Shown: positions 9,051 through 17,093, counted from the first letter of the stretch. The stretch is DNA of 46,512 nucleotides from Parcubacteria group bacterium (GCA_028286825.1 JAQBQV010000005.1:1-46512), one strand, 5' to 3'. Numbers and translations: made by a program. The notes: generated by a model not told the origin, from the sequence alone.

Positions 9051-9103
9051 GTTCCAGCGTCGTCCCAGGCGGCCAGCAAATAAGAATTTTAAATTGTACT
9101 GAT

Positions 9104-9829
9104 ATGAAATTGATAACTCTCAATACATGGGGTGGCAGAATAGGAAAACCTTTCATCGAATTTATCAAAAGCCATCAAGATGTGGATATTTTCTGTTTTC
9201 AGGAGATATACGAAAATGCTAAAGAAGTAATGGAGGCTGTCTATCCAAATGACATGTTTGATCAGTTTTCTGATCTGCAAGAGTTACTGCCGCACCATCA
9301 AGGTTTTTTTAGGCCCGTCTTGCACGGAGTATATGGTATAGCGACTTTCATTAAAAAAGATATCTCGCTTATAGAAGAAGGAGAATTGTTTATTCATTAC
9401 TCAGCTAGCGAAACAATTACTGATGGCCATCACTCAAGAAATTTGCAGTGGGTTAAATTTAACTTAAACGGAAAAGTGTTTACTGTAATTAATGTTCACG
9501 GCTTATGGAATGGGAAGGGAAAATCTGATACTCCAGAAAGAATTGTGCAATCAAATGTAATTAAGGAGTTTATGAATAAAGCCGAAGGAGAAAAGATATT
9601 AGCTGGAGATTTTAATCTCAACCCTGATACCGAAAGCATCGACATTATTGCAAAAGGAATGAGGAATCTCATAACTGAGAATGCTATTACTTCTACTCGA
9701 ACAAGTTTGTATGAAAAGCAGGGTAAATTTGCAGACTATATCTTTATCTCACCGGATATCCATGTTAAAGACTTCAAGGTCTTGCCAGAAGAGGTTTCTG
9801 ACCATTCTGCTTTGTATCTGGAGATATAG
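9104..9829 (+). CDS. Endonuclease/exonuclease/phosphatase (EEP) family protein
   Basis: Motifs ITLN, CFQE, NVHG, AGDFN, DYIF and SDH. Confidence 0.93.
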   Translation: MKLITLNTWGGRIGKPFIEFIKSHQDVDIFCFQEIYENAKEVMEAVYPNDMFDQFSDLQELLPHHQGFFRPVLHGVYGIATFIKKDISLIEEGELFIHYSASETITDGHHSRNLQWVKFNLNGKVFTVINVHGLWNGKGKSDTPERIVQSNVIKEFMNKAEGEKILAGDFNLNPDTESIDIIAKGMRNLITENAITSTRTSLYEKQGKFADYIFISPDIHVKDFKVLPEEVSDHSALYLEI

Positions 9830-9884
9830 AGGTTCCCACGTCGTACCACGCGGCCAGCTCATACTTTTGTGCCATAATTAACTA

Positions 9885-10157
9885 ATGTTTGATTTGACTC
9901 TCGAGACGTTTTTGGAAGTCGTCTATCTGCTTATCGGTATTGCAGTTATATGGAATGTAATTAAGCGCTCAAGTAAATTTGCCGCTAAGCTACAAATATC
10001 TTATATAGAGCAATCGAAGAAAGGAATCATAAATCGTCCTGAACAGTTTGAGGGGAAGTTTTTCTTTATCATGCTTCGAATTGGAATAATCTTCTCCTCA
10101 TTTGTGCTGATGGGAATGGGATATTCAATTCTGTTCGGACCAATTATTCTTAATTAA
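9885..10157 (+). CDS. Small 2-TM membrane protein
   Basis: Two hydrophobic helices. CATAAT 6 nt upstream of the ATG. Confidence 0.7.
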   Translation: MFDLTLETFLEVVYLLIGIAVIWNVIKRSSKFAAKLQISYIEQSKKGIINRPEQFEGKFFFIMLRIGIIFSSFVLMGMGYSILFGPIILN

Positions 10158-10173
10158 TATCCAACTCAATGCT

Positions 10174-10350
10174 ATGTGGAAAAAAATAGTAACTTTTTTC
10201 AATAATCCTATAAGAAGATACTATCCCAACGGAGAGGAGATAATCGATCAAAGCCCTCGTGTTTCTATGATATGGAGCATTCCTATTATTCTAGGTGGCT
10301 CAGTGTTAGTTATTTTCTTATTATTACTCTTTTTTGCTTTCGCAGCTTAA
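10174..10350 (+). CDS. 58-aa protein with a C-terminal membrane anchor (below ORF-track cutoff)
   Basis: Hand translation MWKKIVTFFNNPIRRYYPNGEEIIDQSPRVSMIWSIPIILGGSVLVIFLLLLFFAFAA*. The stop lies 4 nt before a repeat copy. Confidence 0.6.
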   Translation: MWKKIVTFFNNPIRRYYPNGEEIIDQSPRVSMIWSIPIILGGSVLVIFLLLLFFAFAA

Positions 10351-10406
10351 TAAGGTTCCACGTCGTACCACAGAGCCACCTCGTAGGTTTTGTTATAATC
10401 ACAGCA

Positions 10407-10667
10407 ATGAAATGTCCGGAGATAACGATGGGATCAATTCTATTAGCGTTTTTCATTTATGTCTTGGCAGTAAGCATTTGGAATCAAAGACAGATAAGAA
10501 AAATTAGGAATGCCACGGGTGGGCTAATGGCTGGTACGGAAGCTGCGCTAAAAGCGCAAGAGCCAAAGGCAAGGGAGTTGCTGGTTGGCTTTTCTCCAAC
10601 AGAAGCCCTGTCAGGCATTGCCGCTGCGGCTACGCTGTTAAGCCTGTTCTATTCTATTTGTGACTGA
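10407..10667 (+). CDS. Small 2-TM membrane protein
   Basis: TGTTATAAT 7 nt before ATG 10407; lies between two repeat copies. Confidence 0.65.
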   Translation: MKCPEITMGSILLAFFIYVLAVSIWNQRQIRKIRNATGGLMAGTEAALKAQEPKARELLVGFSPTEALSGIAAAATLLSLFYSICD

Positions 10668-10719
10668 TGTAAAAGGTTCCCACGTCGTACCAGACGGCCA
10701 TCAGATTAATTTCCAAACC

Positions 10720-11241
10720 ATGAGGTCCTTACTAAGAAAAACTTTTTTGATTCAATCAATCATAGGCAGCTTCATACTCTTACTCACTATTTTTGCTGGA
10801 ATTGCAGATGCAAAAATAACTGATATTAATGCTGAGGTTTTGCAAAAACAAAATCTAGCAAATAACTATTTGATTTTAGCGCTTGGCGCACAAGAAGCAC
10901 ATAACACATACTCTATGTATGTCCCACTAGGAATACAAATAAATCCGCAAACTTTCGAAAGAGCCCCGCAAATCGATTCCAACCCTAAATTAAAGAATGA
11001 TGCAGATAAATTTTATACTGGGACCATATCGAGTTCACAATACTTAACCGAATACGTCAGCTATTTATCAGATGAGTACGCACGCAATTCAGAGACGTAT
11101 AAAGCAGCGGTGTCCGAACTTAATTTAATCTCTAAAAACGGGAGTCCCTGGTCACTCTGGAAAAATATTTTTCTCTTCCTTCAAATCACTTTAATCCTAG
11201 GTTCGATCCTGATCGGCATACGATCTTCAGTGACTAAATAA
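10720..11241 (+). CDS. Membrane protein with two TM helices and an extracytoplasmic helical loop
   Basis: TM-loop-TM pattern; ATG 19 nt after a repeat; the stop abuts the next repeat. Confidence 0.7.
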   Translation: MRSLLRKTFLIQSIIGSFILLLTIFAGIADAKITDINAEVLQKQNLANNYLILALGAQEAHNTYSMYVPLGIQINPQTFERAPQIDSNPKLKNDADKFYTGTISSSQYLTEYVSYLSDEYARNSETYKAAVSELNLISKNGSPWSLWKNIFLFLQITLILGSILIGIRSSVTK

Positions 11242-11295
11242 GTTCCCACGTCGTACCAAGCGGCCAGCAATCTGGAACAAAGACGTGTTTAAGAA

Positions 11296-11368
11296 TCGAA
11301 CCAGCTTTTATACAAGAGAGATCCATATTCTAGCCCGCAGTACTAGACCTAGTGACATTCCTAGAGCA
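11296..11368 (+). repeat. 73-bp CTAG-rich non-coding module, copy 1
   Basis: Ungapped match to 15917-15989 (63/73 by hand count). Confidence 0.9.
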
Positions 11369-11370
11369 TC

Positions 11371-11504
11371 AGCAGTCTAGTTTTAGTATCGAAGGACCAC
11401 GACAGGTCGAATATTTAGACCGCCGTTTGGCAGGCGTCTAATAACGTCCCAGAGGGGTCAAAAATCATGAGTGAATATATAGGCCGCATATTTAGTTCGA
11501 TTCC
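11371..11504 (+). repeat. 134-bp non-coding module, copy 2
   Basis: Ungapped match to 7714-7847. Confidence 0.9.
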
Positions 11505-11599
11505 TATTCGAGTCACAACATCAGAAATCTATATTGTTTTATAAAACGGTTCCCACATCGTACAACACGGCCACACAATTTATGTGTCATAATTAAAGC

Positions 11600-12478
11600 A
11601 TGACTGCCAACGAAAAAATTTCAGTTACGCAACAGGACATACTTGGTGCATATAATAGAAAAGAATACGGCTGGTTCGCTTTGTACATATTGGCAGTTGT
11701 GCTGGCCTCACGATTGGCCGGTGTTTTTGGGGTCGTTGTTTCAGTAATCGTAGTCGCGGCTTTGTATAAGACTCTTAAAAATTCCAAATTTTCAAAAAAG
11801 AAAAAAGTAACTCTTTCTCTTGCTTATATACTTGGCGGAATGGTTGGAACAATTGTAGGAGTTTATCTTCTTTCGAGTGCTATCTATAATCTTTGGCCTC
11901 AAGCATATATCGCCAGCGTACTTTCAAATGATCCCAAAGTCTCTAATGCTGATTTTGTAAGTAGCTCAACTCCGAACTTAGCGTCAAACACGACAACCCG
12001 CGACACAAGTGAAGTTAGTCTAAAATACATTGATGCAAAGTGGAAATTTTCAATTAATTATCCAAAGACATGGACAGTGGACATGAGTGGTACAAATGGG
12101 GATGTCGAATTCGATAATCCTACCGCGGATGACGTAGCCCTTGAAACCATCTCAGTTGGTTTAGCTGATAGCTATACACCAGAGACATATTCCCAGGCCG
12201 TGATGCATAACTTTAAAGTTTCAGGAGATGAAAATTCAAATATTAAAATTATTTCTGAGGGAAGAACGACATTAGGAGGTAATCCCGCCTATGAATATGA
12301 AGTCATCTACAATTATGTAAATTCAGGTAAGAACTATCCATTCCACGGAATTTACATTACTTCCATATTCAATAACTTGGGATACACGATTTTTGCGTCA
12401 TCCTTTGAGACTACTTGGGCTCAAAATATTCAGCTCTTTAATTCTTCGATTGAGTCCTTCACATTTTCGACCCAATAA
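11600..12478 (+). CDS. Membrane protein with a C-terminal PsbP/DcrB-like domain
   Basis: Three N-terminal TM helices, a Ser/Thr linker, YIDAKWKFSINYPKTW, TTLGGNPAYEY, and a terminal FNSSIESFTF. Confidence 0.7.
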   Translation: MTANEKISVTQQDILGAYNRKEYGWFALYILAVVLASRLAGVFGVVVSVIVVAALYKTLKNSKFSKKKKVTLSLAYILGGMVGTIVGVYLLSSAIYNLWPQAYIASVLSNDPKVSNADFVSSSTPNLASNTTTRDTSEVSLKYIDAKWKFSINYPKTWTVDMSGTNGDVEFDNPTADDVALETISVGLADSYTPETYSQAVMHNFKVSGDENSNIKIISEGRTTLGGNPAYEYEVIYNYVNSGKNYPFHGIYITSIFNNLGYTIFASSFETTWAQNIQLFNSSIESFTFSTQ

Positions 12479-12535
12479 AAGTTGCCATGTCGTACCACGC
12501 GGTCACATAGCGTTTTTTGTGTTTATATAGTTAAT

Positions 12536-12790
12536 ATGGAATTTGCTCACGTCTACAATATCTGTGGATCGCTCATCGCAATAGCAATTGGGATACTGAT
12601 CCTTACTTTCCCTAAACAAGCATTAGAAAAACAAAGAAAAACTATTATAAAACTTGCGAAGGCACTACCGTCCATTTATACGAAGGCACTCACAAAAACA
12701 GAGCGGCAGATTATGAGGGATAATTTCGTAGTCGCTTGCGGATTAGTTGGTATTGGATTTTTTGGACTAATTATCAGTTTTTCTAGCTAG
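12536..12790 (+). CDS. Small 2-TM membrane protein
   Basis: Two hydrophobic helices; bounded by repeat copies. Confidence 0.65.
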   Translation: MEFAHVYNICGSLIAIAIGILILTFPKQALEKQRKTIIKLAKALPSIYTKALTKTERQIMRDNFVVACGLVGIGFFGLIISFSS

Positions 12791-12945
12791 TAAGATTCTC
12801 ACGTCGTACCACGCGGTAATTCACTCAGCTATACTTAGGTTATGTTTTCTTGCATACCATCTCAAACCAGATAAAGCAGCTCCAGAAAACAATTAACAGT
12901 TCGAGATTAAGCAACTCGAAAAGCAACTAATGTTAGAATGTAACC

Positions 12946-13314
12946 ATGAACCAGATGGACTACTTTGAATACGGACTAATCATAGGGGCAACAATATTTT
13001 TCTTATTTCTAGGTTTGAAGTATTTTGATTATTGGAAACAGGTAAAGAAAGGATTTTTAGAATCTGGGATCAAATGGCCTCTTGATTCACAGGCTGAACT
13101 TAACGAAACGGCTCGTACAGATCTTCCTGGAGGTTACCAGATGATGGGAGGGAATATGGCTCAAGCTGCAAAAATAGTTTTCTCAATGCGGACTGATAAT
13201 CCTGCGATTCTCAAACCACTTCGCGGAATGCGTCGTATCTTACTTGCAGTTGTTTTGATCCCAATTCTGCTTGCTATTGTATTAGTTATTACATTCGGTT
13301 TCTTTGCCATCTAA
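12946..13314 (+). CDS. Small 2-TM membrane protein
   Basis: TGTTAGAAT 6 nt before the ATG; hydrophobic helices at both ends. Confidence 0.7.
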   Translation: MNQMDYFEYGLIIGATIFFLFLGLKYFDYWKQVKKGFLESGIKWPLDSQAELNETARTDLPGGYQMMGGNMAQAAKIVFSMRTDNPAILKPLRGMRRILLAVVLIPILLAIVLVITFGFFAI

Positions 13315-13523
13315 ACGACTGTTGTACTCAACCATACTGATTCGCTTTTCTTCAAAAATTTTCCTCCTCCCTTTTCCAAACCTATCCGAGCCTAGTATTG
13401 GGAAGGTTATCCGGAACTCAATTCTCGCTATAGAAGTAGTCTGATCCATATCCTCGTACGCTTTGAGTCGGACTGGTACCGATCCGCATAACTCAGCTTG
13501 GGATTACATGCTAACTTTTAAGG

Positions 13524-14102
13524 GTGACTCAAAATTCCAGTGATCCCTCAGAAAAGGATCTAGTACATGCTGCTCGCAAGGATCCTGAGGCGTTTGCGGC
13601 TATTGTCGCGCGATATGATGAGAGACTTCGTCGCTACATTGTGCGATTAGGATTGCTTGATGCTGACGCAGTAAAGGACGTACTCCAGGAGGCATTCATT
13701 AAAACCTATATACATCTGAACGATTATGACTCCTCGCTTCCATTAAGCGCGTGGCTGTATCGTATAGCAAGAAATGAAACCATGAGTCATTTCCGCAAAC
13801 AGCGGAATCGTCCACATTCGGTCGAATATAGTGAAGATACGGAACAGTTCGAAAAGATTGCCGATGAGCTTGATATCGAACATGAGGCAAATGCATCTAT
13901 TGATCAGGCTGCCGTCCGGGCTGCACTGAATACTCTTGATTTGAAGTATCGCGAAATCCTCATACTTAGATACTTCGAAGAAAAGAGCTATGAAGATATA
14001 GCAGCTATTCTTTTAATACCCATGGGTACGGTAGGCGTATACTTGAATCGAGGAAAAAAGTTGCTCAAGATTGCACTAAAAAGATACGATACGCAGAACT
14101 AA
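13524..14102 (+). CDS. ECF-type RNA polymerase sigma factor
   Basis: Region 2 (DVLQEAFIK...WLYRIARN) and region 4 (YREILILRYFEEKSYEDIA...GTV...RGK). Confidence 0.93.
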   Translation: MTQNSSDPSEKDLVHAARKDPEAFAAIVARYDERLRRYIVRLGLLDADAVKDVLQEAFIKTYIHLNDYDSSLPLSAWLYRIARNETMSHFRKQRNRPHSVEYSEDTEQFEKIADELDIEHEANASIDQAAVRAALNTLDLKYREILILRYFEEKSYEDIAAILLIPMGTVGVYLNRGKKLLKIALKRYDTQN

Positions 14103-14103
14103 T

Positions 14104-14577
14104 ATGAACTCCCCCGACACATTCTCGCAAGACATAGTCCGAAAGATCGAGGCGCGAGGCGTTGTGCCTAAGCCGCGCTGGTATTTTCTCGCGAGTCGCA
14201 GTGCATTGTGGTTCTTGGCCATCGGCTCGGTCGTGATCGGCGCAATCGCGTTTGCCATTGCGGATTTTGTCTTCCTAGACAATGACGGCATTTCGAAACT
14301 TCAAGGCTCATCTATCCAAGATGTTGCGGAAGCTATCCCTTTCGTATGGCTTGCTGGGCTTGCTCTGTTTACGGTAAGTGCATACTACGCTTTTAGACAC
14401 ACTCGCGGTGGCTACAAATATCGGACGGCGACCATTGTCTTTGTAATGGTGCTTCTCAGTATTGGGCTCGGGCTTATTTTGAACGCTTATGACTTTGGTC
14501 AACATATCCACGCATTCATTCTCCACATCACTTCACCAGGTGCTGCATTACCAACTGGAAGCGAAGGCATGGACTAG
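14104..14577 (+). CDS. Membrane protein, probable anti-sigma factor
   Basis: Starts 1 nt after the ECF sigma gene ends; three TM helices. Confidence 0.6.
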   Translation: MNSPDTFSQDIVRKIEARGVVPKPRWYFLASRSALWFLAIGSVVIGAIAFAIADFVFLDNDGISKLQGSSIQDVAEAIPFVWLAGLALFTVSAYYAFRHTRGGYKYRTATIVFVMVLLSIGLGLILNAYDFGQHIHAFILHITSPGAALPTGSEGMD

Positions 14578-14654
14578 CATTGTACGAAATGTGGGGCGAG
14601 ACGCGTATATATAGGTGGAGGGCGAATATTACTCGAACTTAACTTATTTACGCA

Positions 14655-14996
14655 ATGTTTTCAACCAAAAAATATATCCCCATTTTAGCAGCCTTCATAA
14701 TCGGAGTGACAGGAGCGGTGGGGTATGGGGTTCACGCACAGAGCGTAAGCCAAGCCCCAAATGTTCAGTCTGACTCAGCTATGGCAGACCAAGTTTCGGA
14801 CGGTGATGGAGAGACCGCCGACGATGCAAAGGGTGCTACACAACTGCAGACAGACGTACAAGACCCGAAACAACTTGATGGAGAGACTGAAGACGACGCA
14901 GGTGCTATTACAGAGGCTGCTAGCGGCTCACAGGAAGTTGAAAGTGGTCAGGATGACACCGATTCCGACTCAGGAGAAGTGGATAGCGGCAACTAA
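14655..14996 (+). CDS. Secreted acidic low-complexity protein
   Basis: Signal peptide ending VHA; repeated DGET(A/E)DD; Asp/Glu-rich. Confidence 0.7.
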   Translation: MFSTKKYIPILAAFIIGVTGAVGYGVHAQSVSQAPNVQSDSAMADQVSDGDGETADDAKGATQLQTDVQDPKQLDGETEDDAGAITEAASGSQEVESGQDDTDSDSGEVDSGN

Positions 14997-15003
14997 CAAT
15001 AGC

Positions 15004-15038
15004 AAACTCGCCGAGCGCTTATGCGACTCGGCGAGTTT
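15004..15038 (+). terminator. Hairpin / likely terminator
   Basis: AAACTCGCCGAG...CTCGGCGAGTTT. Confidence 0.65.
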
Positions 15039-15073
15039 CTGTGAATTTTATACATTCATGTATTATATCTAAC

Positions 15074-15913
15074 ATGTCTATCTCAACTGCTGACTGGAAG
15101 AATGTCCTTAACAAAGTGCCAGAGGTTACTTTGTACTTCTGGATTATTAAAGTCCTCTGCACCACCGTCGGTGAGACAGCCGCTGACTATCTCAATACAA
15201 CTTTAAATTTAGGCCTCAATGGGACGTCGCTTGTAATGAGTGTTCTTCTTATCATTGTTCTCTTCTTTCAATTCAAATCTAAAAAGTATATCCCGTCGAT
15301 CTACTGGCTTTCTGTGGTTCTTATTAGTGTGGTCGGTACGCTTATCACCGACAATCTGACTGATAATCTCGGCATATCACTTCAGACAACGACTATAGTA
15401 TTTGCTCTCATGCTCGCTGCCGTATTCGGCGTTTGGTATGCGGTTGAAAAGACACTTTCGATGCATTCGATTGTTACCTTGCGTCGTGAGGCCTTCTACT
15501 GGCTCGCTATTTTATTCACCTTTGCTCTAGGAACTGCAGCAGGAGATCTTACCGCTGAGCAATTTGGCCTCGGATATCTCACTTCACTGCTTATCTTCGC
15601 CGGCCTCATCATGCTCGTGACAGCAGGGCATTACCTGGCGAAGAAAGTCTTAGTCACTGAACATAAAAACGCATTACGAAACGCCGTTCTCGCGTTCTGG
15701 CTCGCTTACATCTTGACTCGTCCACTTGGTGCCTCTATTGGCGATTATCTCTCTCAAGACCAAAGCAGCGGTGGCCTCAGTCTCGGCACTACCGTTACGA
15801 GTCTCATCTTCCTCGGCGCCATTCTTGCCCTCGTTATCTACCTCACGCTTACGAGAAAGGATCAAACACCTACCTCGTTGCTTGAGGCCGATCTTGCTGA
15901 AGAACCTATTTAG
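15074..15913 (+). CDS. COG4705 / DUF347-repeat integral membrane protein
   Basis: NKVPEVTLYFWIIKVLCTTVGETAAD, REAFYWLAILFTFALGTAAGD and AYILTRPLGASIGD. Confidence 0.88.
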   Translation: MSISTADWKNVLNKVPEVTLYFWIIKVLCTTVGETAADYLNTTLNLGLNGTSLVMSVLLIIVLFFQFKSKKYIPSIYWLSVVLISVVGTLITDNLTDNLGISLQTTTIVFALMLAAVFGVWYAVEKTLSMHSIVTLRREAFYWLAILFTFALGTAAGDLTAEQFGLGYLTSLLIFAGLIMLVTAGHYLAKKVLVTEHKNALRNAVLAFWLAYILTRPLGASIGDYLSQDQSSGGLSLGTTVTSLIFLGAILALVIYLTLTRKDQTPTSLLEADLAEEPI

Positions 15914-15916
15914 GAC

Positions 15917-15989
15917 TCGAACCAGCTTCTATACAACGGCTATCTATATTCTAGGCCTCAGTACTAGGCCTGGTGACATTCCTAGAGCA
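15917..15989 (+). repeat. 73-bp CTAG-rich non-coding module, copy 2
   Basis: Match to 11296-11368; starts 3 nt after the upstream stop codon. Confidence 0.9.
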
Positions 15990-16104
15990 GCGGCAAATAA
16001 TTTGTGCGAAAGGACTAAAGTTACATGTATACGCAAACTCGGCACAAAGCTCCGTAGTGACGGCCAGCCACGTAACAACTGGGTTTGATATACTGCGGAA
16101 GCAT

Positions 16105-16446
16105 ATGGGCATTCGCGTTGAATTCAATCCTGACTTGGCTCTGAGGAATTTCGAGGAATATACAGCTGGTCGTAGGCAAATGGAGGAGTGTCTTCCTGAG
16201 GTCTTGGAGGCTGGGAGGGTTTACGATTTTTTAAAGAAAGAACAGCGCCTGTATTGGCTTCTTGGCGAACTTCCCTTAGTTGAAACGAAAGGGGATCAAA
16301 AGCTTTCGTTGCCGCTTGCGAGTGTGGTGATCGTCGAAGTAACACATACGCTCGTGATTGGAGAAGTTTGGACGAAAGGGAAATATAAGGTAGTTGAAGT
16401 CTTTGCCGGTTCCAAAGTTCACTTTAATGGTTTTGTAAAAGTGTAA
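16105..16446 (+). CDS. Hypothetical protein
   Basis: MGIRVEFNPDLALRN...; TGATATACT upstream; globular composition. Confidence 0.7.
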   Translation: MGIRVEFNPDLALRNFEEYTAGRRQMEECLPEVLEAGRVYDFLKKEQRLYWLLGELPLVETKGDQKLSLPLASVVIVEVTHTLVIGEVWTKGKYKVVEVFAGSKVHFNGFVKV

Positions 16447-16447
16447 A

Positions 16448-16909
16448 ATGGACATCATGCGCAAATTTGTCATTGTTAGTTTGCTAACTAAAGATTGTCC
16501 AACAACTTTCCAAAAGACTGATTGGCCGCTCCATCTGACACTCGCCAGACCTTTTTTGAGTCCAGACTCGAACGAGGAGCTCATTCAAAAAGTCACATTG
16601 GCTTGCGCTAATCAAACGCCTCTAGTAACTCGCGGAGTATCGAGGGCGCTATTTGATCGTTATCAAAGAAAGATTGCTGCTACTGAGGTTGAGCACACTC
16701 CTGAGCTCCTACGACTACATACTCAAATCAGAGACGCGATCGGACCGGTGCAAGCGGTTGGAGAGTCTTATGACACCTTTAGACCTCATGTCAGCGATCA
16801 GGCCGCTGAAGCAATTGAAGTCGGACAAATCATCACACTTGATTCAGTTTCACTTGTCGAGATGGATGGGAATAATCGATATGTTTTTCATATCGCTGAC
16901 CTGAAATAA
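16448..16909 (+). CDS. 2H phosphoesterase (2'-5' RNA ligase-like) family protein
   Basis: Two HxT/S motifs: WPLHLTL and FRPHVS. Confidence 0.8.
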   Translation: MDIMRKFVIVSLLTKDCPTTFQKTDWPLHLTLARPFLSPDSNEELIQKVTLACANQTPLVTRGVSRALFDRYQRKIAATEVEHTPELLRLHTQIRDAIGPVQAVGESYDTFRPHVSDQAAEAIEVGQIITLDSVSLVEMDGNNRYVFHIADLK

Positions 16910-16929
16910 AACCTGATATAATCGAAACC

Positions 16930-17082
16930 ATGAATAATAATGAAATGGGAGGTCATTCAGAAATAGAAGACTTGGAGAAGACAGTACATGCTGCTGGCTA
17001 CGCGACGGCTGACCAGACAGAAATGGAACCACAATCAGACGTAGTGGTTACTGAAGAAGAGGGTGAAGAGGGCGCAGTGTAA
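16930..17082 (+). CDS. 50-aa acidic microprotein
   Basis: Hand translation MNNNEMGGHSEIEDLEKTVHAAGYATADQTEMEPQSDVVVTEEEGEEGAV*. TGATATAAT 7 nt upstream and its own terminator. Confidence 0.7.
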   Translation: MNNNEMGGHSEIEDLEKTVHAAGYATADQTEMEPQSDVVVTEEEGEEGAV

Positions 17083-17093
17083 TTATCAAACTC

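Larger units (their letters stand above)
7690..12819 (+). repeat. Array of ten 24-25 bp direct repeats delimiting gene cassettes
   Basis: Copies at 7690-7714, 8577-8601, 9051-9075, 9832-9856, 10355-10378, 10676-10700, 11242-11266, 11549-11573, 12481-12505 and 12795-12819. Partial copies at 7788-7803, 11445-11460 and 16059-16068. All are in the same orientation and intergenic. Confidence 0.95.

Noticed and set aside
7690-12819. CRISPR array interpretation of the 25-bp repeats
   Set aside because: The intervening sequences are about 300-900 bp, most contain whole genes, the repeats are too variable, and there are no cas genes in the window.
7690-12819. Classical integron attC sites or Xer dif/pdif sites
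   Set aside because: There is no RYYYAAC...GTTRRRY 55-140 bp imperfect palindrome and no intI. There is no resemblance to the AT-rich dif consensus, and all copies are direct rather than alternating.
8577-12819. The repeat as a simple -35 promoter element
   Set aside because: Its distance to the -10 box varies (10 to about 20 nt from the repeat end), and some copies precede non-coding modules. A regulator site is not fully excluded, but tight linkage to upstream stop codons argues for a boundary element.
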